A program made the translations under genes and the position numbers. Below the pieces are notes generated by a model. The model did not search any database and was not told where the DNA came from. It was given only the letters and a program-made list of their open reading frames with translations. This document shows, in pieces, positions 10,043 to 20,080 of a stretch of DNA of 64,000 nt; the first letter of the stretch is position 1; each line of letters begins with the position of its first letter. Source of the stretch: an uncultured Actinomycetota bacterium (lineage in GTDB: Bacteria > Actinomycetota > Humimicrobiia > Humimicrobiales > Humimicrobiaceae); contig CAYLWJ010000107.1 of the NCBI GenBank assembly GCA_964387355.1, positions 1,669-65,668 of the forward strand. Reading direction: 5' to 3'.

Positions 10043-10435
10043 TTAGCTTCTTTTTGTGTAGAATCTCAAAGCTTTAGAATCTCTCCATAACCTTTCAAGA
10101 TCATAATATGTTCTATATTCTTCAGTAAAAATGTGAACTACAAAATCATTATAATCTATTAGTATCCAGTTTCCCTCAATTAGTCCGCTTACATTTAGAG
10201 GCTTAATGCCAAACTTACTTAGATTTAAGTCAATTTCTTCAGCAATCCTTCTAGTAAGCCTAGTATTGCTTGCGCTAATTATTATAAAATAATCAGTAAT
10301 AATTAAACGCGGACCAACATTTAAAATTTTGATATAGTCAGCTTTTTTTTCGTCTGCAATTTTAGCAACAAATTTTACGGCGTCAACTGTATTTTTTATT
10401 TTTTTAACTATTTGCTTTTTTTCTCTATTTTCTAT
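10043..10435 (-). CDS. rsfS: ribosomal silencing factor RsfS (iojap); start codon uncertain (no in-frame ATG/GTG/TTG)
   Basis: Manual translation gives ...ADYIKILNVGPRLIITDYFIIISASNTRLTRRIAEEIDLNLSKFGIKPLNVSGLIEGNWILIDYNDFVVHIFTEEYRTYYDLERLWRD, a classical RsfS signature, with stop at 10045-10043. It was absent from the ORF track because the frame between the upstream TGA (10447-10445) and the conserved core holds only ATA/ATT candidates. Confidence 0.7.
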   Translation of the reverse strand: MENREKKQIVKKIKNTVDAVKFVAKIADEKKADYIKILNVGPRLIITDYFIIISASNTRLTRRIAEEIDLNLSKFGIKPLNVSGLIEGNWILIDYNDFVVHIFTEEYRTYYDLERLWRDSKALRFYTKRS

Positions 10436-12432
10436 TTTGTATAATCACTCCCTATAATTAAAGTAATGTCTACATTATCTGGATTATTCGATGATTGTGA
10501 TATCGCTCCAACTCCTAAAATTTTCTTAATCTGATCAGCAACAATTTGCACACCTTCTTTTTCAGTATGAATTAATATCTTTGTAACGTTGTAATTAAAG
10601 CTATCAGCATTTTTAGTTTCTTTTACATTAATAACTTTTGCATTTTTATTTAAAGCTTTTTCAATAATACCCTTAACAGTTATAGCTATTCCTTGAGTTC
10701 CTTCCCCATTTAAAATATTTATATCATAGGTTTGGCCTTCAGGTATTTGGGCAGAAGAACCACTCTGAGTGTCTTTCTGCTCAGTAGTTTGACTTTCTAC
10801 AGCTGTACTTTCTGCTTGCTCTTCACTTGTACCGTATGTTTCTGACTCTTGTAGCAGAGCTTTTAGCTGAGCTACACTTTCAGCTGCCTTATCATAATTA
10901 AAATCTTTCCCAATTATAACAACTATATCATTTTTTTGGCTGCTGTTTTCAGATAAAATAATATTTCCAACAAGTATAGCTTTAACAAGAAACTCAGCTG
11001 ACTTTTTTATATTTTCATCTTCAGTTTTGATAATAATTTGAGTTCTTTCATAATTATAATTATCAGCATCCCCTGGAACATCCACTTGATATACAGGATT
11101 GCCATTTGGAAATTTTAATGATTTTAACAAATCAGATGTTTTACCAGCAATACCTTTTGTACCAACTCCATTTAAAACAATTAGACTTGCTGTTTTGTCT
11201 GTTCCTACATCTGTTGCGCTGCTTTCCTGAGTAGCTTCCTCTTTATTAAATATAGTACTGATTCTAGAAATATCAGGAACAAATACTATTGTATTTTCAT
11301 CAAATGGCTCAAATCTTCCATCAAGCCCATAAGTTTTATTATTTTGGCTGCTAAGGCTTGCAAATGTTAATATTACTTCTGATAGTTCTTCTAAATTTAA
11401 ATCTGTTTCAATGTAATCATTAATTATTGAAAGATTTTTTGTTAAATCTCCTTCCTTAGTTCCAATAATCTTTTTTAATATTCCATCAATTAAAATCTTC
11501 TGCATGATAATATCAGATTTTTCTATATCTTCTTTAGTTCCATTAAAATTACTTAAAAAACTTAAAGCAGTTTCACCATTTAAAATATTGTCACCTTCTT
11601 TTAATTTAAAAGATGCATTATCCTGGCCGACAATAGTTATTTCTTTTTCAAGATTAATCTTTATACCTTCAAGCTTATTAACTATATTTAAAACATCAAG
11701 TAAAATATAGTTTTGCACATCCATCCCAATATTGTTTTTTAATGTCAATTTCATTAAATCCATTCCGCCATATTCAACTGTTTTATCAACCGTATCAAGT
11801 CCAAATCCAGGTATTTCAAATATTGTATTAACAGGGATACACAGAGAAATTAGTTCTTCATTCTTTGAATTATAGCTTGAAAATATAACAGTGTTAATTT
11901 CAGGTTCTGTTAGATTATCATTTGCACATGCAAATAAAATATTTATGTCTTTTCCAAGCTTAATATTTCCTGGAACTACAATAGACTCCTCTACTGTATC
12001 AGTTGTAGAAGTCTTAGAAAAATACTTATTTTTTATAAATCTATAACCAAAGACAATACCAATAGCAACTAAAACTAAAATTACCATTATGGCTATAGAA
12101 GAAAAAATCATTTTCCTTTTTCTTTTTTTTGCTTTAATTTTAGCAATCCTTGCACCCTTAATATCTTCTATGCCATACTCATATTCCTCAAAATCTTTTA
12201 ATTCAAAATCTTCATCACTAAAAAAGCTTTCCACCTCTTCTTCTTCAATTTCTTCTCCTTCTAATTTATCACTTTTGCTTTCTTCATCATATTTTTCAGA
12301 ATTCCTTTTGAGAAAATCTTCTAAATTTTCATCATCACTATCATCATACTTTCCATGCTTATAGAATCTTTCATATTTTTCTTCATCATTATTTTTTGAT
12401 TCATCATCTAGTGGCATTTTTAAAACCTCCAC
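10432..12432 (-). CDS. LytR-CpsA-Psr (LCP) family cell-envelope phosphotransferase with an acidic N-terminus, TM anchor, LCP domain and two C-terminal LytR_C domains
   Basis: LCP core LGKDINILFACANDNLTEPEINTVIFSSYN...LCIPVNTIFEIPGFGLDTVDKTVEYGG. Two C-terminal LytR_C-like repeats (LIVLNGVGTKGIAGKTSDLL... and INILNGEGTQGIAITVKG...NVDITLIIGSDYTK). Overlaps yqeK by 29 nt. Confidence 0.85.
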   Translation of the reverse strand: MEVLKMPLDDESKNNDEEKYERFYKHGKYDDSDDENLEDFLKRNSEKYDEESKSDKLEGEEIEEEEVESFFSDEDFELKDFEEYEYGIEDIKGARIAKIKAKKRKRKMIFSSIAIMVILVLVAIGIVFGYRFIKNKYFSKTSTTDTVEESIVVPGNIKLGKDINILFACANDNLTEPEINTVIFSSYNSKNEELISLCIPVNTIFEIPGFGLDTVDKTVEYGGMDLMKLTLKNNIGMDVQNYILLDVLNIVNKLEGIKINLEKEITIVGQDNASFKLKEGDNILNGETALSFLSNFNGTKEDIEKSDIIMQKILIDGILKKIIGTKEGDLTKNLSIINDYIETDLNLEELSEVILTFASLSSQNNKTYGLDGRFEPFDENTIVFVPDISRISTIFNKEEATQESSATDVGTDKTASLIVLNGVGTKGIAGKTSDLLKSLKFPNGNPVYQVDVPGDADNYNYERTQIIIKTEDENIKKSAEFLVKAILVGNIILSENSSQKNDIVVIIGKDFNYDKAAESVAQLKALLQESETYGTSEEQAESTAVESQTTEQKDTQSGSSAQIPEGQTYDINILNGEGTQGIAITVKGIIEKALNKNAKVINVKETKNADSFNYNVTKILIHTEKEGVQIVADQIKKILGVGAISQSSNNPDNVDITLIIGSDYTK

Positions 12433-13141
12433 AGATATTATTCCAAATTTTACTTGTATCTGGATGTAATAAATAATTTTTACTTATTACATATATTATA
12501 TTACTTTTATAAACTTCCAGTAAACATAAATTAAAATCTTCTTTAGATAATTTCCTTAAATAATCAATGTCGTCATAATTTCTTGTAGGCTCAAGCTTAT
12601 CAGAAATATAAATAATCTTGTCCACTATATTCATTTCTCTTGCGCCAATAGTGTGCTTTTTAACTGCACTAAGAACAACATTATCGTAAATATTAAAATC
12701 CCTTTTTAAAAGAAAAGGTGCTATAAAACTATGAATAATTTTTGGATTATTTTTTTCAAAACTGGGTATTTTTAAGTTATTCTTTTCAATAATTTTTAAA
12801 ATTTCATTGTATGAAAATATCTTGCCATAATCATGAAGTAATGCTGCAGCTAAAGTTTTATTAAAAACTTTATTAACATCAATTCCTCTAATATTTTTTT
12901 TAATATCATCAATATTTTTAATATTATTAATATTATTTATGTTCACTTTTTTCTTTTTAGGATTTTCTTCGGGATTTTCTTTCTGCTCTTTTACATTTTC
13001 TCCACTTATGTGGGTATTTAGCAGCATTAAAGAATAATTATAAGTGGCAACTGAATGTTCAAACAAATCTTTCGGCATACTCTTTTTTAAAATTTTCATT
13101 ATACTTTCTAAATCAATACCTTCTTTAAGCGTTGTTTCCAT
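12404..13141 (-). CDS. yqeK: HD-domain protein YqeK (bis(5'-nucleosyl)-tetraphosphatase family)
   Basis: HD motif AALLHDYGK and HSFIAPFLL...HTIGAREM, in the conserved position after nadD. Contains a K/N-rich insertion. Confidence 0.8.
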   Translation of the reverse strand: METTLKEGIDLESIMKILKKSMPKDLFEHSVATYNYSLMLLNTHISGENVKEQKENPEENPKKKKVNINNINNIKNIDDIKKNIRGIDVNKVFNKTLAAALLHDYGKIFSYNEILKIIEKNNLKIPSFEKNNPKIIHSFIAPFLLKRDFNIYDNVVLSAVKKHTIGAREMNIVDKIIYISDKLEPTRNYDDIDYLRKLSKEDFNLCLLEVYKSNIIYVISKNYLLHPDTSKIWNNICGGFKNATR

Positions 13142-13173
13142 GTTTTAAAAAAATAAAAAATATTTACATATTT

Positions 13174-13839
13174 TTATATATTTTTATATAACTTGTGCTT
13201 TAACAAGTAATTGCAAACTCCTTCAGGCAATAAATAGTTAATTGGTCTATTTTCTTTAATTCTTTTTCTAATGTCTGTAGATGAAATAGCAAGTGCAGGT
13301 ATTTCCATTAAGTAAATATAATTTTGCTTAGCAGGAGTTAAATTAAAATCTTTTGCTATTTTTTTCTTTAAATCTTCTATTTTGGCTATATCATATCCAG
13401 GCCTTGTTGCAGCAATAAACCTACAAAGTTTTAAAATTTCATCAGTATCTTTCCAGGTCAATATTTCAAGAATTGCATCAGCTCCAGTTATAAAATACAA
13501 AGTGGCTTTATCGCCAAAAAAACTTTTCAAATGCCTTAAAGTATCAATGGTATATGATTTTTCTTTTCTGTCTATCTCAATTCTTGAAACAAAAAAATCT
13601 TTATTTGATGCTGTTGCAATAACTGTCATTAAATATCTATCTTCTGCACTGGCTAAAATCCCTTCTGTTTTATGAGGCGGTATTCCAGTAGGTATAAAAA
13701 TTACTTTATCCAACTTAAATTGCTTTAAAGCTTCTTCAGCTGTAACTAAATGCCCATAATGAATAGGGTTAAATGTCCCACCCATAATGCCAATTTTTAG
13801 GTGCTTTTTTTTGCTTAATTTTAGAAGTTTTTCCTCCAA
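13174..13839 (-). CDS. nadD: nicotinate-nucleotide adenylyltransferase
   Basis: IGIMGGTFNPIHYGHL is the (H/T)xGH nucleotidyltransferase motif. TTG start. Located in the obg-nadD-yqeK synteny. Confidence 0.9.
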   Translation of the reverse strand: MEEKLLKLSKKKHLKIGIMGGTFNPIHYGHLVTAEEALKQFKLDKVIFIPTGIPPHKTEGILASAEDRYLMTVIATASNKDFFVSRIEIDRKEKSYTIDTLRHLKSFFGDKATLYFITGADAILEILTWKDTDEILKLCRFIAATRPGYDIAKIEDLKKKIAKDFNLTPAKQNYIYLMEIPALAISSTDIRKRIKENRPINYLLPEGVCNYLLKHKLYKNI

Positions 13840-13845
13840 CTAGAT

Positions 13846-13893
13846 ACCTTTCTTAGTTTTCTTAGCTTTCTTAGTTTTCTTAGTTATCTTAAA
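13846..13893. repeat. tandem 9-nt repeat (TTTCTTAGY)x5 immediately upstream of the nadD TTG start
   Basis: ctttcttagttttcttagctttcttagttttcttagttatctt read directly from the sequence. Confidence 0.5.
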
Positions 13894-13928
13894 AAATATT
13901 TTTATTATTAAAATTTTTTTATATTTTA

Positions 13929-15254
13929 CTATTCTCTTATCTGTCCATTTCCGAAAACTACAAATTTATTTGTAGTAATCTGTTCAAGACCCATTGGTCC
14001 TCTCCAGTGAAGCTTTTGAGTACTTATGCCAATTTCTGCTCCCATCCCAAATTGACCGCCATCTGTAAATCTTGTCGAGGCATTTACAAACACAGTTGAT
14101 GAATCACAAGCATTAGTAAAATAAATTGAATTATCATAGTCTGAAGTAATAATAGTTTCAGTATGATGCGAGCCATATTTATTTATATGTTCTACGGCTT
14201 CTTGAATATTATTAACTATTTTTATTGCAATTATTAAATCTAAATATTCTTCATACCAGTCATCTTCTTGTGCTAATACAATATCAGCAAAAATTTCTTT
14301 TGTTCTTAAACATCCTTTTATTGTAACGCCTTTATCCTTTAAAGAATTAACAATTGAAGGCAGAATTTTACCAGCAATATCTTTATGCACTAATAATTTT
14401 TCTGCAGCATTGCAAACACTAGGCCTTTGAGTTTTAGAATTTATTACTATTTTTATAATCGTATCTAGATTCAAGTTCTCGATTTTATTATCTATATACA
14501 CATGACAATTACCTGCACCTGTTTCTATTACTGGAACTTTTGAATTATTAACCACACTGTCAATTAAACTTTTTCCACCTCTTGGTATTAAAACGTCTAT
14601 ATATTGCCTTAACTGCATAAGTTTTTCAGCATCTTCTCTTTTTTCAGAGGGAATTATTGAAATTATATCTTCAGGAAATCCATTTTTTCTTAAAGAATCT
14701 CGCATTATTTCAACAATTTTGATATTTGTATTAAGAGCATGAGAACTTCCTCTTAATATAACACAGCTTCCTGCTTTAATGCAAAGAACTGCTGAATCTA
14801 CAGTAACATTAGGTCTTGCCTCATAAATAATACCTATAACCCCAAAAGGAACCCTTATATTTTTTAGAATTAGTCCATTTGGTAAGTTATATCCAAAAAT
14901 TACCTGCCCAACTGGATCTTTGAGCATTATCACCTCATTTATGCTATCTGCAATTTTTTGAATCCTATCTTTATCTAAAGCTAATCTATCAAGAAGGCTT
15001 TTAGAAATGCCAAGCTTTTTTGAATACTCTATATCTTTTAAATTTTCAGAAATAATAGCATTAGAATATTTTATTAAATTGTTTGCAATGTCTGCTAAAA
15101 TTTTATTTTTTTCATCAGTTTTTGCTGAAGCAATTATATATGAGCACTCTTTTGCTTTTCTTGCAATTTCAGTAACATCTGTTTGTAAATCAATTCCATT
15201 TATTTTATTTTTTAGCTTATTTTCATTAATTATTTCATTACTTATTTTTATCAC
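13929..15254 (-). CDS. proA: gamma-glutamyl phosphate reductase
   Basis: 441 aa aldehyde-dehydrogenase-fold protein with a catalytic Cys region (...PSVCNAAEKLLVH). Downstream of proB. Confidence 0.9.
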   Translation of the reverse strand: MIKISNEIINENKLKNKINGIDLQTDVTEIARKAKECSYIIASAKTDEKNKILADIANNLIKYSNAIISENLKDIEYSKKLGISKSLLDRLALDKDRIQKIADSINEVIMLKDPVGQVIFGYNLPNGLILKNIRVPFGVIGIIYEARPNVTVDSAVLCIKAGSCVILRGSSHALNTNIKIVEIMRDSLRKNGFPEDIISIIPSEKREDAEKLMQLRQYIDVLIPRGGKSLIDSVVNNSKVPVIETGAGNCHVYIDNKIENLNLDTIIKIVINSKTQRPSVCNAAEKLLVHKDIAGKILPSIVNSLKDKGVTIKGCLRTKEIFADIVLAQEDDWYEEYLDLIIAIKIVNNIQEAVEHINKYGSHHTETIITSDYDNSIYFTNACDSSTVFVNASTRFTDGGQFGMGAEIGISTQKLHWRGPMGLEQITTNKFVVFGNGQIRE

Positions 15255-15311
15255 CCCTTAATTAAAACTTACTTAAATTTTACTGCTACTAATTTTACTA
15301 ATACTATTTTT

Positions 15312-16460
15312 CTATTCTTCGCATTCATTTTCGTTAAATATAACAAGACTGTCCCTGTGTATTACTTCAGAGCACATTTTTTTTCCAAAAGTATCTTTTA
15401 TCTGATTTTCATTTTTACCCATAATCTTTAAAAGCTCTTCATACTCAAAGTTACTTATCCCTTTTGCAAAAACCTTGCCGTTAGTATCATAAACTTTCAG
15501 AATGTCACCTTTATTAAAATTGCCCTCCACTCTTATAACTCCAACTGGTAAAATACTTTTACCTTTTTTTTCGATAGCTTCAACAGCTCCACTATCAAGG
15601 TAAATGCTTCCCTTCGCTTTAACGCCAAAAGCAATCCATCTTTTTATACCCTTAATTTTTTTATTTGTTTGAGGTGCAAAAAAAGTACCCACAGGTTCAA
15701 AATTTATGATTTTTTCTAGAACATTCTCTTTCTGACTATTTGCTATTACCATAGGTATGCCCGAAAATGAACAGATTTTTGCTGCTTTTATTTTTGAAGC
15801 CATGCCACCAAGGCTATATATGGATCCCGCCTTACCAGCAAGATTTTCTATAGCAGGGGTAATTTTATCCACAAAGGAAACAAGTTCAGAATTTTTATTT
15901 TTTTGCGGATCCTGCTTATATAAACCCTCTATATCTGAAAGAATTATTAATATATCAGCCTCAATTAAAGTAGAAACCATTGCTGCAAGCCTGTCATTAT
16001 CACCAAACTTAATTTCTTCTACAGCTACGCTATCATTTTCATTTATAATAGGAATCACTTTTAAATCAATTAATTTTTCAATTGTATTCTTAATATTTAA
16101 ATACTGAACTCTTTTAATCATATCTTCCCTTGTAAGCAAAATTTGGCCAACTTTTAAATTAAAATCTTCAAAAATATTTTTATAAAGCCTCATAAGCTCA
16201 ACTTGTCCAACTGATGCTGAAGCTTGTAGAATTGAAATCTCAGTGGGTCTTTTATCAAAACCTAAAACTCCCAAACCTGCAGCAATTGCACCGCTTGTTA
16301 CAATAATCGGCTTTACTCCACTCAAAACAATTAGATAAATTTCTTTAGCAAATTTCTTTATTTTTTCTTTATCAAGCATTCCATTTGAGCCAGCTAAACT
16401 GCTTGTTCCAATTTTTATAACAGCTTTTTTTATTTCTTTTAAATATTTTTTTCTTTCCAT
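15312..16460 (-). CDS. proB: glutamate 5-kinase with C-terminal PUA domain
   Basis: AAK-family kinase motifs (VIKIGTSSLA, GGMASKIKAA) and a C-terminal PUA domain. 382 aa. Confidence 0.9.
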   Translation of the reverse strand: MERKKYLKEIKKAVIKIGTSSLAGSNGMLDKEKIKKFAKEIYLIVLSGVKPIIVTSGAIAAGLGVLGFDKRPTEISILQASASVGQVELMRLYKNIFEDFNLKVGQILLTREDMIKRVQYLNIKNTIEKLIDLKVIPIINENDSVAVEEIKFGDNDRLAAMVSTLIEADILIILSDIEGLYKQDPQKNKNSELVSFVDKITPAIENLAGKAGSIYSLGGMASKIKAAKICSFSGIPMVIANSQKENVLEKIINFEPVGTFFAPQTNKKIKGIKRWIAFGVKAKGSIYLDSGAVEAIEKKGKSILPVGVIRVEGNFNKGDILKVYDTNGKVFAKGISNFEYEELLKIMGKNENQIKDTFGKKMCSEVIHRDSLVIFNENECEE

Positions 16461-16547
16461 TAAGTTTTTTTATAGTTAATTTTATATTATTTAATTTTAT
16501 ATCTTTTTATATTATTAAGTAGTTTTATATTATTATAATATCTTTTG

Positions 16548-17933
16548 TTAATTAATGTTATCATCATATAGTTCAAAAACCAAATCACCTATTATTACAG
16601 TACTTCCAATTGGCACACCCATTTTCTTTAGCTTATCACCGATTCCCATTTTTTTAAGCCTATCCTTTAAATAATCAAGTGCCTCTTCATTTTCTAAATC
16701 AGTCATTGAAACAAGTCTTTCAAGTTCTTTGTCTTTTACAATATATTCATTTTCACTTTTTACAATCTGAAGTTCTTTTAAATTAAATTTATTTTTCAAA
16801 TTAAAACCGCTTTTAACAAAATCTTCTATATTATCCACTGAGTAAACTTTAAAAGATGAGTAATCTTCTTTCACTTCTTCAGTTCTAATTTGACTTTCTC
16901 TAACAGCTGACAGCTTTTCATGCATAAGTTTTACAAGCTCTACAACTCCTTTACCTGTAACAGCAGAAATAAGCAAAACTTCATTTGTGCTTTTAGACTT
17001 TAATTTTTTAATAGCTTTCTCTAATTCATTATTAAGTTTCAAATCTTGCATGGAAATTAAATCCGTTTTATTTATTACTATAAAAAAAGGCTTTTTATAC
17101 AATGATTCATTATAAAGCTTAAGCTCGCTTCTTAAGATATTAAAAGTATTTAGAAACTCATCCTTTCCTTTAATTAACAATATAGAAGCATCTAAGACAA
17201 AAACAATTAATTTAGAACGTAAAACATGTCTTAAGAACTTATCACCCAGACCAACTCCTTTGTGAGCACCTTCAATGAGTCCAGGAACATCAGCTACAAC
17301 AAAAGAATCTTCATTAAAAGTAACCACACCTAAATTAGGAACTAGTGTTGTAAATGGATAATCAGCAATTTTTGGCTTTGATGCTGAGATTTTACTTATA
17401 ATTGTTGATTTACCTACATTAGGGAAGCCTACTAAGGCAATATCAGCCAATACTCGAAGTTCAAGTTCAACCCACTTATCTGATACTTTTTCACCTTTTT
17501 CAGCAAAACCTGGAAATCTTCTTTGTTGAGAAACAAAACTAGCATTTCCTCTACCACCTATGCCACCAATTGCGGCCACATACTCTGCTCCCTCATAATT
17601 TAAATCTGCACATATTATTCCCTCATATCTAATAATTGTGCCTACTGGAACATAGATGATGCAGTCTTTGCCTCTTCTTCCTTGCCTGTTATTTGGCATT
17701 CCCTGCTGGCCATTTTCAGCTTTAAAATGAATTTTTTTCTTAAAGCTGTAAAGTGTCGACATACTGCTTGTAGCCTTAAAAACAACATCACCGCCCTTGC
17801 CGCCACTTCCGCCACTGGCAATCTTTTTATGGCTCCCTTTTAAAACAAAAAAGCTTACAATTCCTGCTCCGCCATCCCCTGCTTTTATATTAATTTTTGC
17901 TTCGTCTAAAAATAAACTTGTATCGTTTTTCAT
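16548..17933 (-). CDS. obg: GTPase Obg/CgtA
   Basis: Glycine-rich Obg fold (GGAGIVSF...GGSGGKGGDV), G1 GFPNVGKST, G3 DVPGLIEGA, and a C-terminal OCT-like extension. Located after rpmA as in Firmicutes. Confidence 0.9.
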   Translation of the reverse strand: MKNDTSLFLDEAKINIKAGDGGAGIVSFFVLKGSHKKIASGGSGGKGGDVVFKATSSMSTLYSFKKKIHFKAENGQQGMPNNRQGRRGKDCIIYVPVGTIIRYEGIICADLNYEGAEYVAAIGGIGGRGNASFVSQQRRFPGFAEKGEKVSDKWVELELRVLADIALVGFPNVGKSTIISKISASKPKIADYPFTTLVPNLGVVTFNEDSFVVADVPGLIEGAHKGVGLGDKFLRHVLRSKLIVFVLDASILLIKGKDEFLNTFNILRSELKLYNESLYKKPFFIVINKTDLISMQDLKLNNELEKAIKKLKSKSTNEVLLISAVTGKGVVELVKLMHEKLSAVRESQIRTEEVKEDYSSFKVYSVDNIEDFVKSGFNLKNKFNLKELQIVKSENEYIVKDKELERLVSMTDLENEEALDYLKDRLKKMGIGDKLKKMGVPIGSTVIIGDLVFELYDDNIN

Positions 17934-18144
17934 TTTTTATCTATTTATATTATAATTTTCAAAAATTGTCTAACAAACTAAAGTGTGAAATTTATAAACA
18001 AAATAAAATAAAATAAATAAAATTAAATAATATAACAAAATAAATTAAAAATTAGAAAAAATAGAAATAATTATAAAAAAAAGTTAATAAGAAAATAAAA
18101 TAAAAAGGTTATAAAATAAAAAATAACAAATTAAAATAATTTAA

Positions 18145-19083
18145 ATGCTTATATTATTATACTTAATAATTATTGGAATACTAGCAGGACTGGTTGGCTC
18201 CATTATAGGAATAGGCGGCGGTGTATTAATTGTTCCTGCATTAACACTGATATTAAAAGTTCCTATTAAATATGCTCTTGGCACAAGTATAATTTGTGTA
18301 ATGGTAACTTCCCTTTCTACCTCATCTCGATTCCTTAGAAAAAACTTAGTAAATATACCGCTTGGTTTAACCTTAGAAATACCAACAACTATTGGTGGTA
18401 TAATAGGAAGTTTTTCTGTAGCATTTTTAAATAACAAAATTTTATTTATAATTTTTGCAAGTTTTACTGCAGCTGCAGGAATTTTTGTCTATGTTAAAAA
18501 CAGATTATCATTACTACAAAAAAAATTCCCTGTTAACTTAAAAGACAACAATAGCAACAATAACAACAATAACAATAACTACAACAGTAGTAGCAATAAT
18601 TATAACAATAAAAATAATAATATTAATGCTAATAATAAAACAGGGCTATCAATGTTTTCTTCAAAATACTATGATGAAAATTTAAGAAACGAGATGAATT
18701 ATAAAGTTGGACACACATTTTACGGTGGAATTGTTTCTTTTTTTGCAGGTATATTTTCCGGCTTATTAGGAATAGGCGGAGGTGTTTTAAAGGTTCCTGC
18801 TATGAATATTATTATGGGTGTTCCTCTTAAGGTAGCAACTGCAACGAGCAACTATATGATAGGTATTACTGCAGTTGTCTCAAGTATTATTTATTTTTTT
18901 AATGGTTATATAAATACAGGTTTAACAATCCCTGTATTAGTTGGAGTTGTAGGAGGTGCAACTATAGGTTCATATTTAGCAGTCAAATTAAAAAACATTT
19001 ATATTTCAATAATAATACTATTAATATTTATTTTAATTTCTATAACAATGTTTTTAAGGGCATTTGGGATTTTATCCTATTAA
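18145..19083 (+). CDS. TauE/SafE (TSUP, DUF81) family anion-exporter-type membrane protein
   Basis: Two homologous halves with the G-rich motifs GGGVLIVPALTL and GGGVLKVPAMNI typical of TSUP. Has an Asn-rich central insertion. Confidence 0.75.
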   Translation: MLILLYLIIIGILAGLVGSIIGIGGGVLIVPALTLILKVPIKYALGTSIICVMVTSLSTSSRFLRKNLVNIPLGLTLEIPTTIGGIIGSFSVAFLNNKILFIIFASFTAAAGIFVYVKNRLSLLQKKFPVNLKDNNSNNNNNNNNYNSSSNNYNNKNNNINANNKTGLSMFSSKYYDENLRNEMNYKVGHTFYGGIVSFFAGIFSGLLGIGGGVLKVPAMNIIMGVPLKVATATSNYMIGITAVVSSIIYFFNGYINTGLTIPVLVGVVGGATIGSYLAVKLKNIYISIIILLIFILISITMFLRAFGILSY

Positions 19084-19159
19084 ATATCTTATTAAATATC
19101 TCATTAAAATTATAAAAATAAATCTATAAAAAGTATAAATAGCAAAACTATAAAAGATA

Positions 19160-19663
19160 ATGGTAAAAAACAATATAAAAATAAAAACCAATAATAAAAA
19201 AATTAACAAAAATTTACTTTCTAAAATATTTTTTATTGGTCTTTTAGTTTCGCTTGCTATCTTAGTTAGTGCAATACTGCTTAAAACAATTACATTAAAA
19301 CTAAATAATTATCAATCAGATAATACTACAAACTTTAATTATAGTTATAATTTTAGCTACAATGTAACTAGTGAAGAATTTTTAAAAGAAAATTCGCTAA
19401 GCTTTAAGCAGTTAATCAAACTTTTCAAAAAATTTGGCGAACTTAAACTTAATAACAATAATTTTAAACACATATATTATTTAAACAATTTAGCAGATTT
19501 TCTTAGTTTTTTAGGAATTACAATTTTAATTTTAATTCCTGTTATCGGGGTATTCTATACTTTGTTTTATTATTTAAGAAAAAGAAATCTAAAAATAACC
19601 ACAATTACAATAATTGTAATATTGCTTCTTATAATAAGTTTCCTTGTAGGATTTTTTAAGTAA
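19160..19663 (+). CDS. hypothetical membrane protein (2-3 TM)
   Basis: Hydrophobic segments at the N- and C-termini. No recognised domain. Confidence 0.4.
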   Translation: MVKNNIKIKTNNKKINKNLLSKIFFIGLLVSLAILVSAILLKTITLKLNNYQSDNTTNFNYSYNFSYNVTSEEFLKENSLSFKQLIKLFKKFGELKLNNNNFKHIYYLNNLADFLSFLGITILILIPVIGVFYTLFYYLRKRNLKITTITIIVILLLIISFLVGFFK

Positions 19664-19763
19664 ATTATATAAATTTAATATAAATTACAATAATTATATA
19701 AATTATATAAGTTACTTTATAATGATCTTCTATAAATTGATTTTAATTAGTTTTCAGTTTTAA

Positions 19764-20021
19764 TTAGTTTTCAGGTATTACGTTTACTAATTTCCCCTTT
19801 TTGCTTTTACCAACAAACTCCACAATACCATTAGCTGTTGCAAAAATAGTATAATCTTTACCAAGCCCTACATTTTTGCCTGGTTTAAATTTTGTACCTC
19901 TTTGTCTTACTATTATATTTCCAGCAACAACTTTTTGACCTCCAAATACTTTTATTCCAAGGTATTGAGCATTGCTGTCACGTCCATTTCTGGAACTTCC
20001 AACACCTTTTTTACTTGACAT
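19764..20021 (-). CDS. rpmA: 50S ribosomal protein L27
   Basis: [31 protein letters not shown] is the canonical L27 N-terminus. Confidence 0.95.
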   Translation of the reverse strand: MSSKKGVGSSRNGRDSNAQYLGIKVFGGQKVVAGNIIVRQRGTKFKPGKNVGLGKDYTIFATANGIVEFVGKSKKGKLVNVIPEN

Positions 20022-20080
20022 GTCAATTCCCCCTAAAAATTTAAAAATTAATTAGCCAAAAACCCTAAAAAAACTTTATA

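Noticed and set aside
18141-18437. 98-aa minus-strand ORF
   Set aside because: Fully antisense to the well-supported TauE/SafE gene start. Shadow ORF.
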